Notes under the pieces: generated by a model
Told to the model about the DNA's origin: nothing
Databases searched by the model: none
Seen by the model: only the letters and a program-made list of their open reading frames with translations
NCBI GenBank assembly: GCA_964247055.1
Contig: OZ176055.1
Location: forward strand, 4,712,001-4,776,000
From: Paragordius varius
Lineage: Eukaryota; Animalia; Nematomorpha
Length of the DNA: 64,000 nt
Reading direction: 5' to 3'
Shown: positions 12,601 to 24,279 of the stretch, in pieces
How the letters are laid out: every line of letters begins with the position of its first letter
Numbering within the stretch: the stretch's first letter is position 1
Program-made: the position numbers and the translations under genes

Positions 12601-14118
12601 AAATTAAAAAAAACTAATTGGTAAAAAAATATTCACAACTTTTTCGCCACCATTTTTTATCTTTTGGTTTTATATACTTAATACTGCAGGTAATAAATGT
12701 ATATTATGATTAATAAAAGTAAATAATCAACTTTGAAAGCTTAAAAATTTCATTCTGCCAGCAATTAAATATTTTTAGATAATATCAGCTGATTAAACTA
12801 TTCGTACTTTGGAGCTATCCGAATTTGGGACTATAGAAGTTAAAAAACTTTATATATAAGTTTTTTATCTAATACAGGAGAAGAAGGTTTAATAAATAAA
12901 TTTTGAGCAAACAACTTTCAAAAAGTAGTTTGTTTTCTAGGCTCAAGAGTAAAAAACTACCCTAAGATGTGATGGCGTAAAAAAATGAAAAGGTAACCAT
13001 GTGTTAATAACTTGTACATAATTTAAAAATTTCAATCGTCAAAATGATTTATGAGGATTATGAAATATACATTGTTAAATTATTTAGATTTATAATGTTC
13101 CGGATGTCGAATTTATCATATACATTTAATAAAAAACGATTATTGTCCTAATAAGTATAAAAAATTATAACAAAATTAATCATGTCTACATATAATTATT
13201 ATATAATGGTAGCCGAAAAAAATAAAGATCAAAAAGTCAAAAAGGTTCATTTAGCAAATTAAGGGTACGTTAAATTATAGAAACATATACATCTATCAAT
13301 AAAATTAGATATTAGCCAAACAACAACAGATGGATGGCTGTTGACAGAGCAAAATAATTTAGATTTAATTATAAACCTAAAAATGGGATTAAAAGTTATT
13401 AATTTTTTAAAATAGTACCTTGTAAAAACATCAAATTCAAATATAGAAACGTAATCGTTACAGGAGAGATCAATGGTGGACTTCAGAGCGGTTGCCTCTA
13501 CATCACATGAAATTTTATGAATTTTGTTAAATTCGTTCAAAAACTGTTTCCAGCTCACAATAATTCTATATTTAATAAATTCAAAAACTTGTTTCCGAAA
13601 CTTTTCTTCCAAAAAATTTCTGCATCAGATTTGGTAATCTTGAATTTATCTTCGATAAAAGTACCATTATTTGGGAATATTGCTTTTAATTCAATCAGCA
13701 TATGGGAAAAAATTAAAGAGAGTTTAATAAGACTTCGACGATATACGGAGACATCCATAAAAGTATCAGATTTTGCCATTTTAAACAATTTAATAATTTG
13801 CTTGCATTTACGATTAATATTATCAAAATATATACAAATGTATAAATTTTTATTAAGCTTTGATATATCTTCGTACTTTGGAAGAATTAGGGCGCGCAAA
13901 TAATAAAACATTTCTGGCAATATATCTAACAAATATGGAGGGGATATGTTAACAATAATGACTGGGTGTTGACATAATCGAACAACTTTATCCATCATTC
14001 TCCATGTTTTGCTAAATGTTTTATTATCCAATGTTATATTAGATTTGTTCTTCCAAGGGGATACATCTATTACAGAATAAAACCTGTTTAAAATTTGGTT
14101 AATGCTGAGAGTTCCCAT
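6636..14118 (-). CDS. CBL: E3 ubiquitin-protein ligase Cbl (TKB 4H-EF-SH2, linker, RING, long low-complexity tail), 11 exons, about 860 aa
   Basis: Exons (minus): 14118-13589, 13565-13419, 12099-11968, 11650-11513, 10615-10445, 10208-10066, 9748-9645, 8738-8378, 7885-7779, 7543-7222, 7063-6636. All GT-AG and phase-consistent, total 2583 nt. Motifs: [91 protein letters not shown]. Donors at 10445 and 7222 are best guesses. Confidence 0.95.
8950..9077. repeat. Small inverted-repeat (MITE-like) element in a Cbl intron
   Basis: cagtcaaaagcaacatttttt..agg versus cctaaaaaatgtcgctttgactg form imperfect arms of about 22 bp. No clear TSD. Confidence 0.45.
11072..11098. other. Perfect 12-bp hairpin in a Cbl intron
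   Basis: GGTGATTTTGGG-aca-CCCAAAATCACC, read directly. Confidence 0.8.
12540..13000. repeat. Unclassified dispersed repeat (homologous to about 47560-48000 and partly 44080-44200)
   Basis: Shared blocks such as cagctg..tttggagct....actatagaagt..aaaact and caacttt(c/g)aaa.agtagtttgttt, in the same order. Boundaries approximate. Confidence 0.55.
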
Positions 14119-14542
14119 AATAACGTTGAACAGATGTTAAAATAAAACGTTAATAACTTCACAGAAATTTCAGGACATTACACATCCAATGTTATATAAT
14201 ATAATAATTAATGGTAATGGGTTGTTTTTTGTGCAAATAAATAATTAAAATAAATAAACATTAAAAATGAAAAATTACAGCGGCCACTTGGCTAATCCAC
14301 ACTATTTTTGGCTTATTGGCAATACATTAGATATAGGGAAAAACAAATGGTTGAAATAAAATAATTTTGTTTACTGTACAACATTTTATTTGCTTATTAT
14401 TAACAAATTTGTTAAATTTAGCTATGGTATTGCCAAAACTGTGCTAAATATCCTGATAAAATATATATTATGATAGATTAATGTATCCGGATTTTCATAA
14501 TGCTTTTACATTCACAATTTTCTAAATAATTTTTTTCTAGTG

Positions 14543-15054
14543 CACTTGGATAGAATACATTCAATTCAGTCCTTCGATTCGAATTGGGGCAGTTGGATAC
14601 CCCAGGCATATTCAAAATTTAATATTTTAAAAAATATGGATAAATTAAAACCATGTCAAACGTTTGATATAATATAATATTAATGAACCGAAACAAATAC
14701 TTGATATTACTTATTAGGAGGTAAAACTCAAATATAAAAAATTATCAAACATGACATGTTTAAAAAATTATGCAAAATATACCACTTCTGTTTATATCAA
14801 TATTAATTGGAATTTTAATAAAAACGTACGCTTAATTTTGGCCTTACGATATTTTTAAAAAATGTTGTGAAATGGTGCCAAAGTTATTGATACGGAACTT
14901 TTTTCCAAAACTAAATTTTATTTTGCTATTTTGGTTTATTTATATAATTTTTATTAGGATAGAAGCATAAATATAAATTGAAACCGTTTTTTCAGTAGTT
15001 TTTAGAATATCAACTTAATAATATTTGGGGTTATTAAATTCAATTTGACAAGTG
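14543..15054 (+). mobile_element. Decayed single copy of the ~570-bp TTAA (piggyBac-like) MITE
   Basis: Starts cacttggata...cagtccttcgattcgaattgggg and ends ...aagtg, colinear with the copies at 19906-21059. TSD eroded. Confidence 0.7.
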
Positions 15055-15140
15055 TAAATATGTGCCCATTTTAGACGGGTCTAAAAATTCCTAATCGTTA
15101 GGATACAACCTCTAAAATTTAAATTTATTATATATATATG

Positions 15141-16308
15141 TACTAAGCCCGAAATCGGGGGGTATAAATAACCTGATGAAATATATATATTCTGATAGAA
15201 ATATGAATCAGGATTATCATGGTTCTTTTGTTTGGCAAAGTTATATACAGTTGCGGTAGGTTCTCTATATCATAAAATGTCATAATTTGGACACCTTTTT
15301 GTATATAGATTTTTCTTGTGAAAGCTAAAGGCTTTATTCCAAAAAAAATCACTAAAATATATTAAAAACTAGATAAGCGAAACAATATTTTCAAAAAAAT
15401 AATTTTTCCATCTAGGCTACGAAAGTTTCAATTTTTTTAAACCTCTAAAATAAGATAATCCTAATAAAAGCAAAACGGGGTTTGATAAAAATTTTAAATA
15501 TATGCTAAATTCTATATCAATTAAAAATATTTTAAAATGCATACTTTTTTCAAAAAAATTTTTAGGAAAATTATGTTGGAACTTACTTCATACTATTTTG
15601 AGTGATGGAAACGGTTTAAGAACGCTTTTAACACACTTTTCTATACAATTCAATGATCTTAAACATTTTTATCGCTTCATTAATTTAAATGTTCGTTTGC
15701 GTAAATATTTTGGTGCCTTTTTGTAAAAAAACACATTTTTTAACATAAATTCGAAAAGGGATGAATATTTTAATCACAACTCTGAGGTGAAAATGTTTAG
15801 CGCCATCGCAATATTTATAAAAAGTTCATTTGCAATGTATTACAGCGTTTTTATACCGTACATGCTCAAACTATTTTGAAGTACTCTTGAACAAAATTTC
15901 GCTAAAAATAAATTTTTGTATACATTTTAAAAAATATTTTTGGTTGATATCTAAAATTAGCATATATTTAAAATTTTTATCGCGCAATCACAGCATTTTT
16001 ACTTTATTTTTAAAAGTCTAGCCCAAATGATTGAGGTTACTTTTTTTGTGGACGCTGTGCATAGTTTATGATATATTTTAGTGATATTTTAGATAAGAGC
16101 CCCCAGCCTTCTTTAAACAAATTTTAATCAAAAATATAGGCTAATTTTACCATTTTCTGGTACAACCACTTACTCCAAAATGATAATAGCTTTATATTAC
16201 TCGTAAGGGCCAAAACCAAAATCACCTTGATAATCCTGATACATTTTTCTATCAAAATATATATGGTTCATCAGAATATTGTGCACTCCCCTATTTCAGA
16301 CTCAATGT
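15141..16308. mobile_element. ~1.2-kb foldback non-autonomous DNA transposon with long imperfect TIRs (uninterrupted copy)
   Basis: Left arm aaatcggggggtataaataacctgatgaaatatatattctgata...atcaggattatc mirrors right arm gataatcctgataca...ttcatcag..ccccta. Internal gggctag/ctagccc and gcgcgataaaaatttt blocks are also mirrored. Confidence 0.75.
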
Positions 16309-16364
16309 AATATGCGCTAATTTTGCTCTTTTTTTCATATGGAGTGTTAACGTATGAAAAGTCT

Positions 16365-16673
16365 CATATGGAACACGTATCCTTTTATCCGAACACACAC
16401 ATTCCCATACAAACACAAAGCACTCTCATTTTATTACCAGCATTATTTCCATTATTCATATACCGACGCTTCATTTATTATCCCTCAATCCAAATATTAT
16501 TCATCGTATCCTATATTCTTCTCTATTACCAATACTATCTATCAAATATATAGCTTTGGTATAAGAATAAATAAGAATATGCTTGATTATAAAACGAGAG
16601 TGTTCGTAGTGTTTGTATGAGAATGTGTATATTTTTATATCGGTTTAAAAGGATATATATTGTCTTCAGTATG
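16365..16673. repeat. Inverted-repeat element with arms of about 65-75 bp
   Basis: tatccttttatccga..acacattcccatacaaacac..cactctc (16377-16427) versus gagagtg..gtgtttgtatgagaatgtgt..tcggtttaaaaggata (16596-16655). Confidence 0.65.
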
Positions 16674-16988
16674 CTTATGTCACTTACCATACGTCTAATA
16701 TGGATTACCATAAAAGTTTAAATATTTTCTTAAATATTTAAAACCCCCACTAGGAGAGTCCTGATTCATATACATATATATATATATATATATTATCAGG
16801 ATATTATTATGTGCGTCCTATGTTGCATAAAAATACCACAATTTGAAAAAATGCTAGGGTAAAATCTTAAGAATATTAAACGCAAAATTATCCACCTGGG
16901 GTGGTAATCAAAACAAGTATTTGGTGTATCTAAATAAATATCTAATTAATACTCAAATGGTCGAAAACAAATAATTTTTATTTGATAA

Positions 16989-19661
16989 CACTACAAAAAT
17001 CGGGGGGTATAAAAAAATAACCTGATGAAATATATATTCTGATAAAAAAATGTATCAGGATTATTATGGTGCTTTTAGTTTTGACCCTTACGAGTAATTT
17101 AAGAAAAATATTTATACATTTGTGGTAGGTGCGCCATATCAGAAAATAAAAATAGTAAATTTTGCGCACATTTTTTTGTAATAAAATTTTTGGGAAAGTT
17201 AAATGCATTATTCAATAAAATATCACTAAAATCTATATATTTATAAATGGAACATTCCAGAAAACCCGTAGACCCATTCAAATCCAAATATTGAAATATT
17301 ATAATCATTAATGAATACCCCAAAAATAGTTTCGCCCTTTTTTGAATTAGGCACCCAGTTCGGGCCCACCTCGTGTAAACAGTTTTTTTTGAAAACACAA
17401 GTTCACAAAAATCGTGTCTTTGAGACAATTTTCCGGAATATGTGTTGGACTATTCAATTTCAAATATGATTTTTGTTTACTTATTTTCGATTGCGCCGAA
17501 CATCGGCTCGCTTTATAAATTTAGGCCCTATTTTTACCCGCTCCCACCGTAAAATGCCATTTTTTAAAAAAAAATAAGTCCACAAAAATAATTTTTTGGA
17601 AATTTTTTGCCCAAAGTATGAGACCGGAAAACTTCCTTAAGGATTCCAGGTATTCCCTGTTAAAAGGCAAAAATTTTAATCAAGCGTTTCCTTGATGATA
17701 GCTGCTGAGTAAGGAGATACCCACTAAAAATTGCCCCTCAAAATAGCGTGCCGCCCTAAAAAATGCGCCACCATAGAATGATTATGTTTTGAGGCAATTT
17801 TCCAAAAACTAATGAGAGCATATGTAATCAATCATGATTCCAGAAAATTTGCCTCCATAGAACAATTTTTTAGTTTTGAAGCAATATTTCCAAGAACTTA
17901 TAGGAACATATGGACATTATAATTCCAGATATTCCCCATATAAAGACAAAATTTTTGCCCGACGCTTTTTTATACTTGCCACTGGGTAAGAAGCTACCCG
18001 CCAAAAACTGTGCCACTATATAGAAATTGCGTTGTTTTGGAACTAATTCAAAACTTATGCCATATGAGCTCATTTAAAGTTCGAAAACTAGGTAAAAATT
18101 AGGTCAGGCCTTTTTTATTAGCCGTTAATTTGGGGCCTTTATGCCCTAAAAATACGCCATCTATAACGAATTTTTAGTGTTGAGGTATTTTTTCGAATAA
18201 CCCATGAGACGATGGTTTCAAAGATGATTCCAAATATTTTCCCTATAAAGGCAAAAAATTTAACTTAGGGCTTTTCCATATAGCCCTATGGGTAGAGGTC
18301 TACCGGTTTAAAACTGAGACGCCATACAAAAATGGCGTGGCTTTGGAGCTAATTTTCAATAAACATAAGAAGCCATACGAGTTCAATAAAGGCTTTAAAT
18401 ATTAAAAGGTAAAAATTATACATAGCGGTTTTTTCCGTTAGCCGTCAATTTAGGGCCTTTACACCAGTAAACAATATATTAGTATGAATGCACCGTTTTG
18501 AAAATCCTATGAGATCATAGCTATTAATCAATGTATCGAAATAATCCACATATGTGGATCATTTTATTGTCCCTTTTTCAAATAGCCCTCCTCCCTCCTT
18601 CCCAGAAATCCGAAGAACTTCCTTGGGCTGCGTAGCAGCACGAGATTTACGCTAGTATATTATAAACTACTATAAAAGTAAACCAATATTTTTATTTTAA
18701 TTTTAGATGCGGGCTGCATAAGTCTTAATTTTTTCGCTCTCCTAAAATGGGCTAGTTCTTTTAAAATAACCGCAAATTATTACGCGATAAAATTTTTGAA
18801 TATATTCTAAATTTTGACATAAATTTTTTTTAAAAAAAATGCATACTTTTTAAAAAATAAGATTTTCCTTAAAATTTTGTTGAAGCGACTTCAACTGATA
18901 AGTGATGGAAACGGTATTAAAATACCTTTAAATATTAAAAACACTTTTTCTATATAATTTAATGATGCTAAACATTTCTATCACCTCAGGATTTTAATTT
19001 ACAACATTCGCTCATCTTCTAAAATCGTCAAATATAAATTGTGTTTTCTATAAAAATTCACCAAGTTTGAAAGTAAACGACTTTAATTTTAAATATGAAA
19101 CTATATTGATCATTATGAAATTATATAGAAAAATTGTTGTTATGATATTAAGCTTTTTCACGTTTTCATCACGCCTAAAAATAGTATGAAAAACGCTTCA
19201 ACAAATTTCTGCTAAAAATTAAATTTTTGTAAAAAGTAACAATTTTTTAAAACATATTTTTGTGACAAAATTTAGCATATAATAAAATTTTTATGGCGCA
19301 ATCCAGGCATTTTTGCGTTTATTTCAAAGACTAGCCCATTAGAGAGACGAAAATATTTGGGACTTTTGGAGCCAACATCTAAAATATAAAATATTTAAAA
19401 ATATTGTTTTGATTTTTTAGGTAGTTTATGATATATTATAGTGATTTTGAAATAAACCATTTAGCTTTCACCAAAAAAGTTTTATTATAAAAAATGTGCT
19501 CAAATTTTCTATTTTAATATGAAGCAAGCATAAAGTTTAAACGATTCTTATATCACTTTTAAAATTTAAAATCAAAACCACTATGATAATCCTGATACAT
19601 TTTCCTAGCAGAATATATATTTCATCACCTTATTTTTTCACACACCCCGACGGACGCAGTG
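16989..19661. mobile_element. Foldback family copy interrupted by a Helitron
   Basis: Ends cacta-caaaaatcgggggg ... cccccgacggacg-cagtg. Length after removing the Helitron is 1249 bp, similar to the 15141-16308 copy. Confidence 0.8.
17232..18655 (+). mobile_element. Complete non-autonomous Helitron, 1424 bp
   Basis: 5' A|TCTATATATTTATAAA. 3' hairpin GCTGC-gta-GCAGC (18627-18639), then 12 nt, then CTAG|T. No TSD. The empty site cactaaaa|tatattataaact matches the uninterrupted copy cactaaaatatattaaaaact at about 15350. Degenerate tandem units of about 280-315 bp lie inside. Confidence 0.9.
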
Positions 19662-19905
19662 TATATATTATGTTGCTATTATAAATTTTATACAAAAAAT
19701 AAATAAATAGAAAAAAAACACATTCCAACCTTATTCATATAATTGATAAAGTGTCAGGAAGATCATGGTTATTTTGGTATTGGCCCTATGAGTGATTTAA
19801 TAAATTATTTTTGTCAATATGGTTGGCGCACCATATCAAAAAATGGAAAAATTTTCCGCACTTTTTTAAATAAAATTTTTTGGCGAAAGCTTAAAGCTTT
19901 GTTAA

Positions 19906-21059
19906 CACTTGGATACAACACATTCTTTTCAGTCCTTCGATTCAAATTGGGGTAGTTGGATTCCCCGGGCCTGTTTAAAATTAAATATTCAAAAAATATG
20001 GAATGAATCGAAACCATGGCAAAAATTTGCACTCATATAACATTAATGAACCGAAATATATAAAAAATTTCATTCAAAAATACTTAACATTACTTATATT
20101 TTAAAACCTCAAGGTACAAATTTATTCAACATGACATGTGTGCATTAGCTAATTATAAAAATAATACAAAATAAACCACTTTTTCTGTTTCTATCAATGT
20201 TAGATATTATTTATCACTTCGATTCAAAGTGGGGTGTCTAAATACCCCAGACCAAATTTAAACTAATATTTTTAAAAAACTACTGAAGGAAACGGTCCCA
20301 ATTTAAATTTATGCTTCTATCCTGATAAAAATTATATAAATATGCCAAAATATCTTGAAAAAATTTTGTTTTAAAAAAAAGTTCCTTGTCAAACTATTTC
20401 GACGCCATTTTTATTTTACAAAATTTTTGCAAAATATCTACTTCATTTAATTTTAAGGGTAAAACTAAAGCTAATTTTTTATATAAATTACAACTAACAT
20501 TGATAAAAATAGAAAAAACGGTTTATTTTGTCTTATTTTTTAATTTTGCAATTTGACACATGTCACGTTGACGAAATTTTTACCTTTCGGTGTTAGCTTA
20601 AAATAAGTAATATCAAGTATTTCTGTATAAATATTTTTATATATTTCGGTTTGTTAATGTTATATAAGTGCAAAATTTTGCCATGGTTTTGATTCCTTCC
20701 ATACTTTTTAAAGTATTTGATTTTAAACAGGCCTGGGGTATCCACTACCCTAATTTAAATCGAAGGACTAAAATGAGTGTGTTGTATCCAAGTGTTAAAT
20801 GAAAAATTAGCTTTCATTTTAGAAATCAAATCAACACGATCTTTTGCAAAAATGTTGTAAAATAAAAATGGCGTCGAAGTTGTTTATGGAACTTTTTTCT
20901 CATAACCAAATTTTATTTAGATATTTCGGCTTATTTATATAATTTTGATTCGGATAGAATCATAAATAAATTAAGACCGTTTCTTTCAGTAGTTTTTTTT
21001 AAAAAATTCAACTTAAATACAGTCTGGGGTATTTAGATACCCCAATTTGAATTGAAGTG
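19906..21059 (+). mobile_element. TTAA-flanked piggyBac-like MITE (outer copy, about 570 bp net)
   Basis: TTAA at 19902-19905 and 21060-21063. Termini CACTT.../...AAGTG. Asymmetric subterminal inverted repeat cttcgattcaaattgggg. Colinear with 14543-15054 once the inner copy is removed. Confidence 0.8.
20215..20794 (-). mobile_element. Same MITE family, inverted copy inserted inside the outer copy
   Basis: Flanks TTAT (20211-20214) and TTAA (20795-20798). 20500-20794 is the reverse complement of 19906-20200, and 20215-20430 is the reverse complement of about 20830-21059. Confidence 0.8.
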
Positions 21060-21145
21060 TTAATGGGCTAATTACCTTAAAATAAACGCAACGGCGAGAT
21101 CGCTTGATAAAAATTTTAAATATATGCTAAATTTTGATATCAGCC

Positions 21146-21560
21146 ATGATCCTAGTCGTTTATTGGAACTAAAAACCTTTCTACCCCAAACAATGGAATT
21201 AATTGATTATGATGAAGCAAAGTTATTACTTAAATGGGTGGAATGGAATCTTATCCCCAATACTCGATATGCATGATGGAGATTTACAAAAAAGCGCCTG
21301 TGATTTTATGTCTGAGCAAAACCATGTTGATTGCCAAAACTCAACAAAATCGTTAAATACAGTCCATAAATTTATAACTTTTATTAAATCCTCTAATAAT
21401 CGTAATGATACAAAAATTAAAGCTAAAGCCTTATCGTCTCTCCTTAGGGAGAATGAACCGCTTCAGAATCAGTTTATTAAATACCAAAGATGGATTGTCA
21501 TTTTTACTTAACTGTCTTCAATGAACAACATCTAAGATTAAGAATCTAATTTTCACCAAT
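21146..21560 (+). pseudogene. HSPBP1: Intronless, frameshifted fragment of an HspBP1/Fes1-type Hsp70 nucleotide-exchange factor (ARM repeats)
   Basis: LNGWNGILSPILDMHDGDLQKSAC..EQNHVDCQ..LNTVHKFITFI..DTKIKAKALSSLLRENEPLQNQFIK, then after a frameshift DGLSFLLNCLQ*TTSKIK. From memory this aligns with the HspBP1 segment LSGMHLLVGRYLEAGAAGLRWRAA..SQNVAAIQ..DTVRVKALFAISCLVRE..FLRLDGFSVLMRAMQQQVQKLK. Confidence 0.6.
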
Positions 21561-23941
21561 ATTTTGTTTCACTTCATACTAGAGGCATGATGACCACGAT
21601 ATAAAAATATTAAACATATAAACCATTTTTCTTAATTTGATGATACCGAAAATTTTTATAATCTAATTTTTATTTGGGGGTTATTTGCTTTCTTTATAGG
21701 AATTTTTATAAAAAACAATTTATTACACATAAGAGAAGGAAAATATATTAAAATTTTGACATGCTATAAATGTTCAGTAAAAGTGTTTTAAAATATCTTA
21801 TAGTGTTTTTATACCTTTTCACCATGCTGCAAAATAAAATAAAATTTTTAAGCAAAAAATTCAAGTCGATTTGAGACTATTGGAAGTCTAAAAATTTAAA
21901 TTTTAGATAAATATTGTTATGCCTTCTTATATAGATTTAGTGGTATTTTGGAATGAAGCATCTAGCATAAATAAGGAATGTGCGCACATCTTTCTTTTCT
22001 GGTATGGAAATGTTACAGGGGATAATAACCATCTTATACTCCTTAAGGCATAACCAAAAGCAATATGAGAATCCTAATTTATATCCCAGAATAATATATT
22101 TCATCAGTTTTTTATTTGAATACACTGTGTTATGTACAAAATATATTATCAGGATATTTTTAACCCACGATTTTGTGCATTGTGCATATTTTTTTTTATA
22201 AAGAATTTTCTTTCATCTTCAAATTTAATTAGTGACCCCACTTTTCTGACATTAAGAAAATTTTCAAATGTCGTATTTTTCTTATACTCGTAAGCCCTAA
22301 AACCAAAAGCAGACAGCCATCTCAGAATATGTAATTTATCAGGCACTGTAAAACACCCACACTTTTTTCTGTATTATATTAGATATAAAAAATTTATTTA
22401 GCAAACATTAAACCTTAGCATAAAATATCCTAAAATGTATTCCTGTGTAAAAGATATCATATGTAGAGTTTTAATGCTGTTTATTTTATGTGGGCTTTTT
22501 CACCACTGATTCATTAAATTTTTTGTTTGAAGTAAATGTTATTCAATATTTTACCGTTGATCATTACGTTCAATTTTGCGATTGGATTGTCCGTTGTGGT
22601 ATTTATATATATATATATATATTCTTTGCGCTTATAATATTTTACATAAAATTTTTAGTAACTTTTACCGAATAATTATAAGTGAAACCGTTAACTTTTT
22701 TATATAGGAAATTTTTTATTTTGAAATGCTAGTAAATTTTATTTTTTTAGATATAATTAATATTAACATAAAGTTTTATCTGACTACGTTTAAAAAAATT
22801 TTTAATGATTGTAACTCTTGGTCAGTTTTCTGAAAATATTATATTCAATAGTCTTGCCATATTTTTAGGACATATTATAATTACCCTCCAAACATTTTTA
22901 ATAACACCCGTCTGGATAATTATATAAATACATTCTTTATATAGAGTTCAGCACCTACTTGTCTGTCGTCTCATTTATATTTAATTTAAGATTAATATTT
23001 TCTTTTTTTGCTAAGGGAGTGTACCTTTTAAGGCCAACTCTTTTCGCGCTACACAATATTTTTTTAACTTTTCTCTACATATTTCTAATGTAAAAGCTTT
23101 TTTTATACAACTAAGTATATATTTAGTAATTGAGAAGAGACCCATTATTGATCCATGAAATTTATATTGTGTAATAAGTCTTAGTGTGTACTTCTGAAAA
23201 ATCAATATTTTACATTGTCACATTTTTTGTTTTAATTCAGGATTGAGGATTTTACGAATACAATGTTGTCGCCAGTGAATTTATATAGATCAGATAAGAG
23301 AAGTGGTTAAGTTTTATTGATCTAAAATTCTAAAAAGAGTTTAATTATTTTTTTAAGATTATCCTTATAATAAACTGAAATTTGGGATTTGGTTTCCTTA
23401 GCACGTATTAATTAAAAAATAATGAAAATTATTTAACGCGTTAGTTAATTTCCAATTAATTTATATATATTTAATTAAATGAATTTTATCGTTTATTTAT
23501 TGATTGTAATAGCAAACTCTAAATTTTAAATAAATTGTAAAGTAGTTAAAGGTAATGGTTTTTAATCTTTAAGTCGACCTTTCTCTTGTCAATTTTTAAC
23601 TGCGCCTTTCTTAAATTCATTTATAAGTCCAATACATTTTAATAATTGGTTTAGTTCAAAATAGATGGGCAGCGTTGGGATTAGGTTTAATCGTTAAAAT
23701 AACAAAGTTTACGGGTTTCAAATTCTGTAAATTTTAGTTTTTATGCTAAACTAAATTAATCTTAAAAAATCGGGATTTAATAAACCATTTGTAATATTAG
23801 ACCATACTCGGAATTTTATACAATCCTTAAAACTATAAAAAAATTTGACTCGCCTAAAATGCCTAAATATTTTTACACTGCTCTAAAAGAGACTAGATTA
23901 GGGACCATTGTCTGGAATTTTAATTTATTAGGCATATTAAC

Positions 23942-23983
<42 letters not shown>

Positions 23984-24026
23984 ATGTATATGGAAATTAT
24001 TTTTGATATTTTGTTATAATTAAAAC

Positions 24027-24279
24027 CAGGGGTGTCCAACACGCGGCACGTGAAAAATTTGGAAATCTATATTTGCAAGCATATTTTCATAAAATATTGA
24101 AATTGATATTTAATCAAATTTTCCTAATAATTTCCATTTGGCAACGAAAAATATTATATCGTGTTTGCATTATGAAATTTCAAAAAAATTATAAATTCTC
24201 ATATAATTTCGAATGCCGCCCGCCGGTTTTTTATGTCTAAAAAAGCTGCCCGCAAAGCGATTTTTGTTGGACACCTTTG
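24027..24279. mobile_element. hAT Charlie-like MITE, 253 bp
   Basis: TIR CAGGGGTGTCCAAC / GTTGGACACCTTTG. 8-bp flanks attaaaac / ctttaaac match at 6 of 8 positions and fit the NTNTANAN-type target. GCCCGC boxes inside. Confidence 0.75.

Larger units (their letters stand above)
19740..22182. mobile_element. Foldback family copy (left end truncated) holding the piggyBac-like MITE pair and an HSPBP1-like fragment
   Basis: 19740-19900 matches 17040-17210. 21064-21145 and 21570 onward resume family sequence. The right end atcaggatatttttaacccacgattttg matches the end of the 38950-40312 copy. Confidence 0.65.

Noticed and set aside
13259-13376. Possible alternative Cbl exon after a 42-nt intron (…[11 protein letters not shown]…), considered as a duplicate of the HPGYMAF exon
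   Set aside because: Only HP matches, it ends in a stop, and the ccatccatc tract resembles RTE tails. The true exon is at 12099-11968.
13517-13903. 128-aa plus-strand ORF
   Set aside because: Antisense shadow of Cbl exon 1.
16323-16620. Tyr/His-rich overlapping ORFs
   Set aside because: They lie within an inverted-repeat element. Composition reflects C/A/T strand bias.
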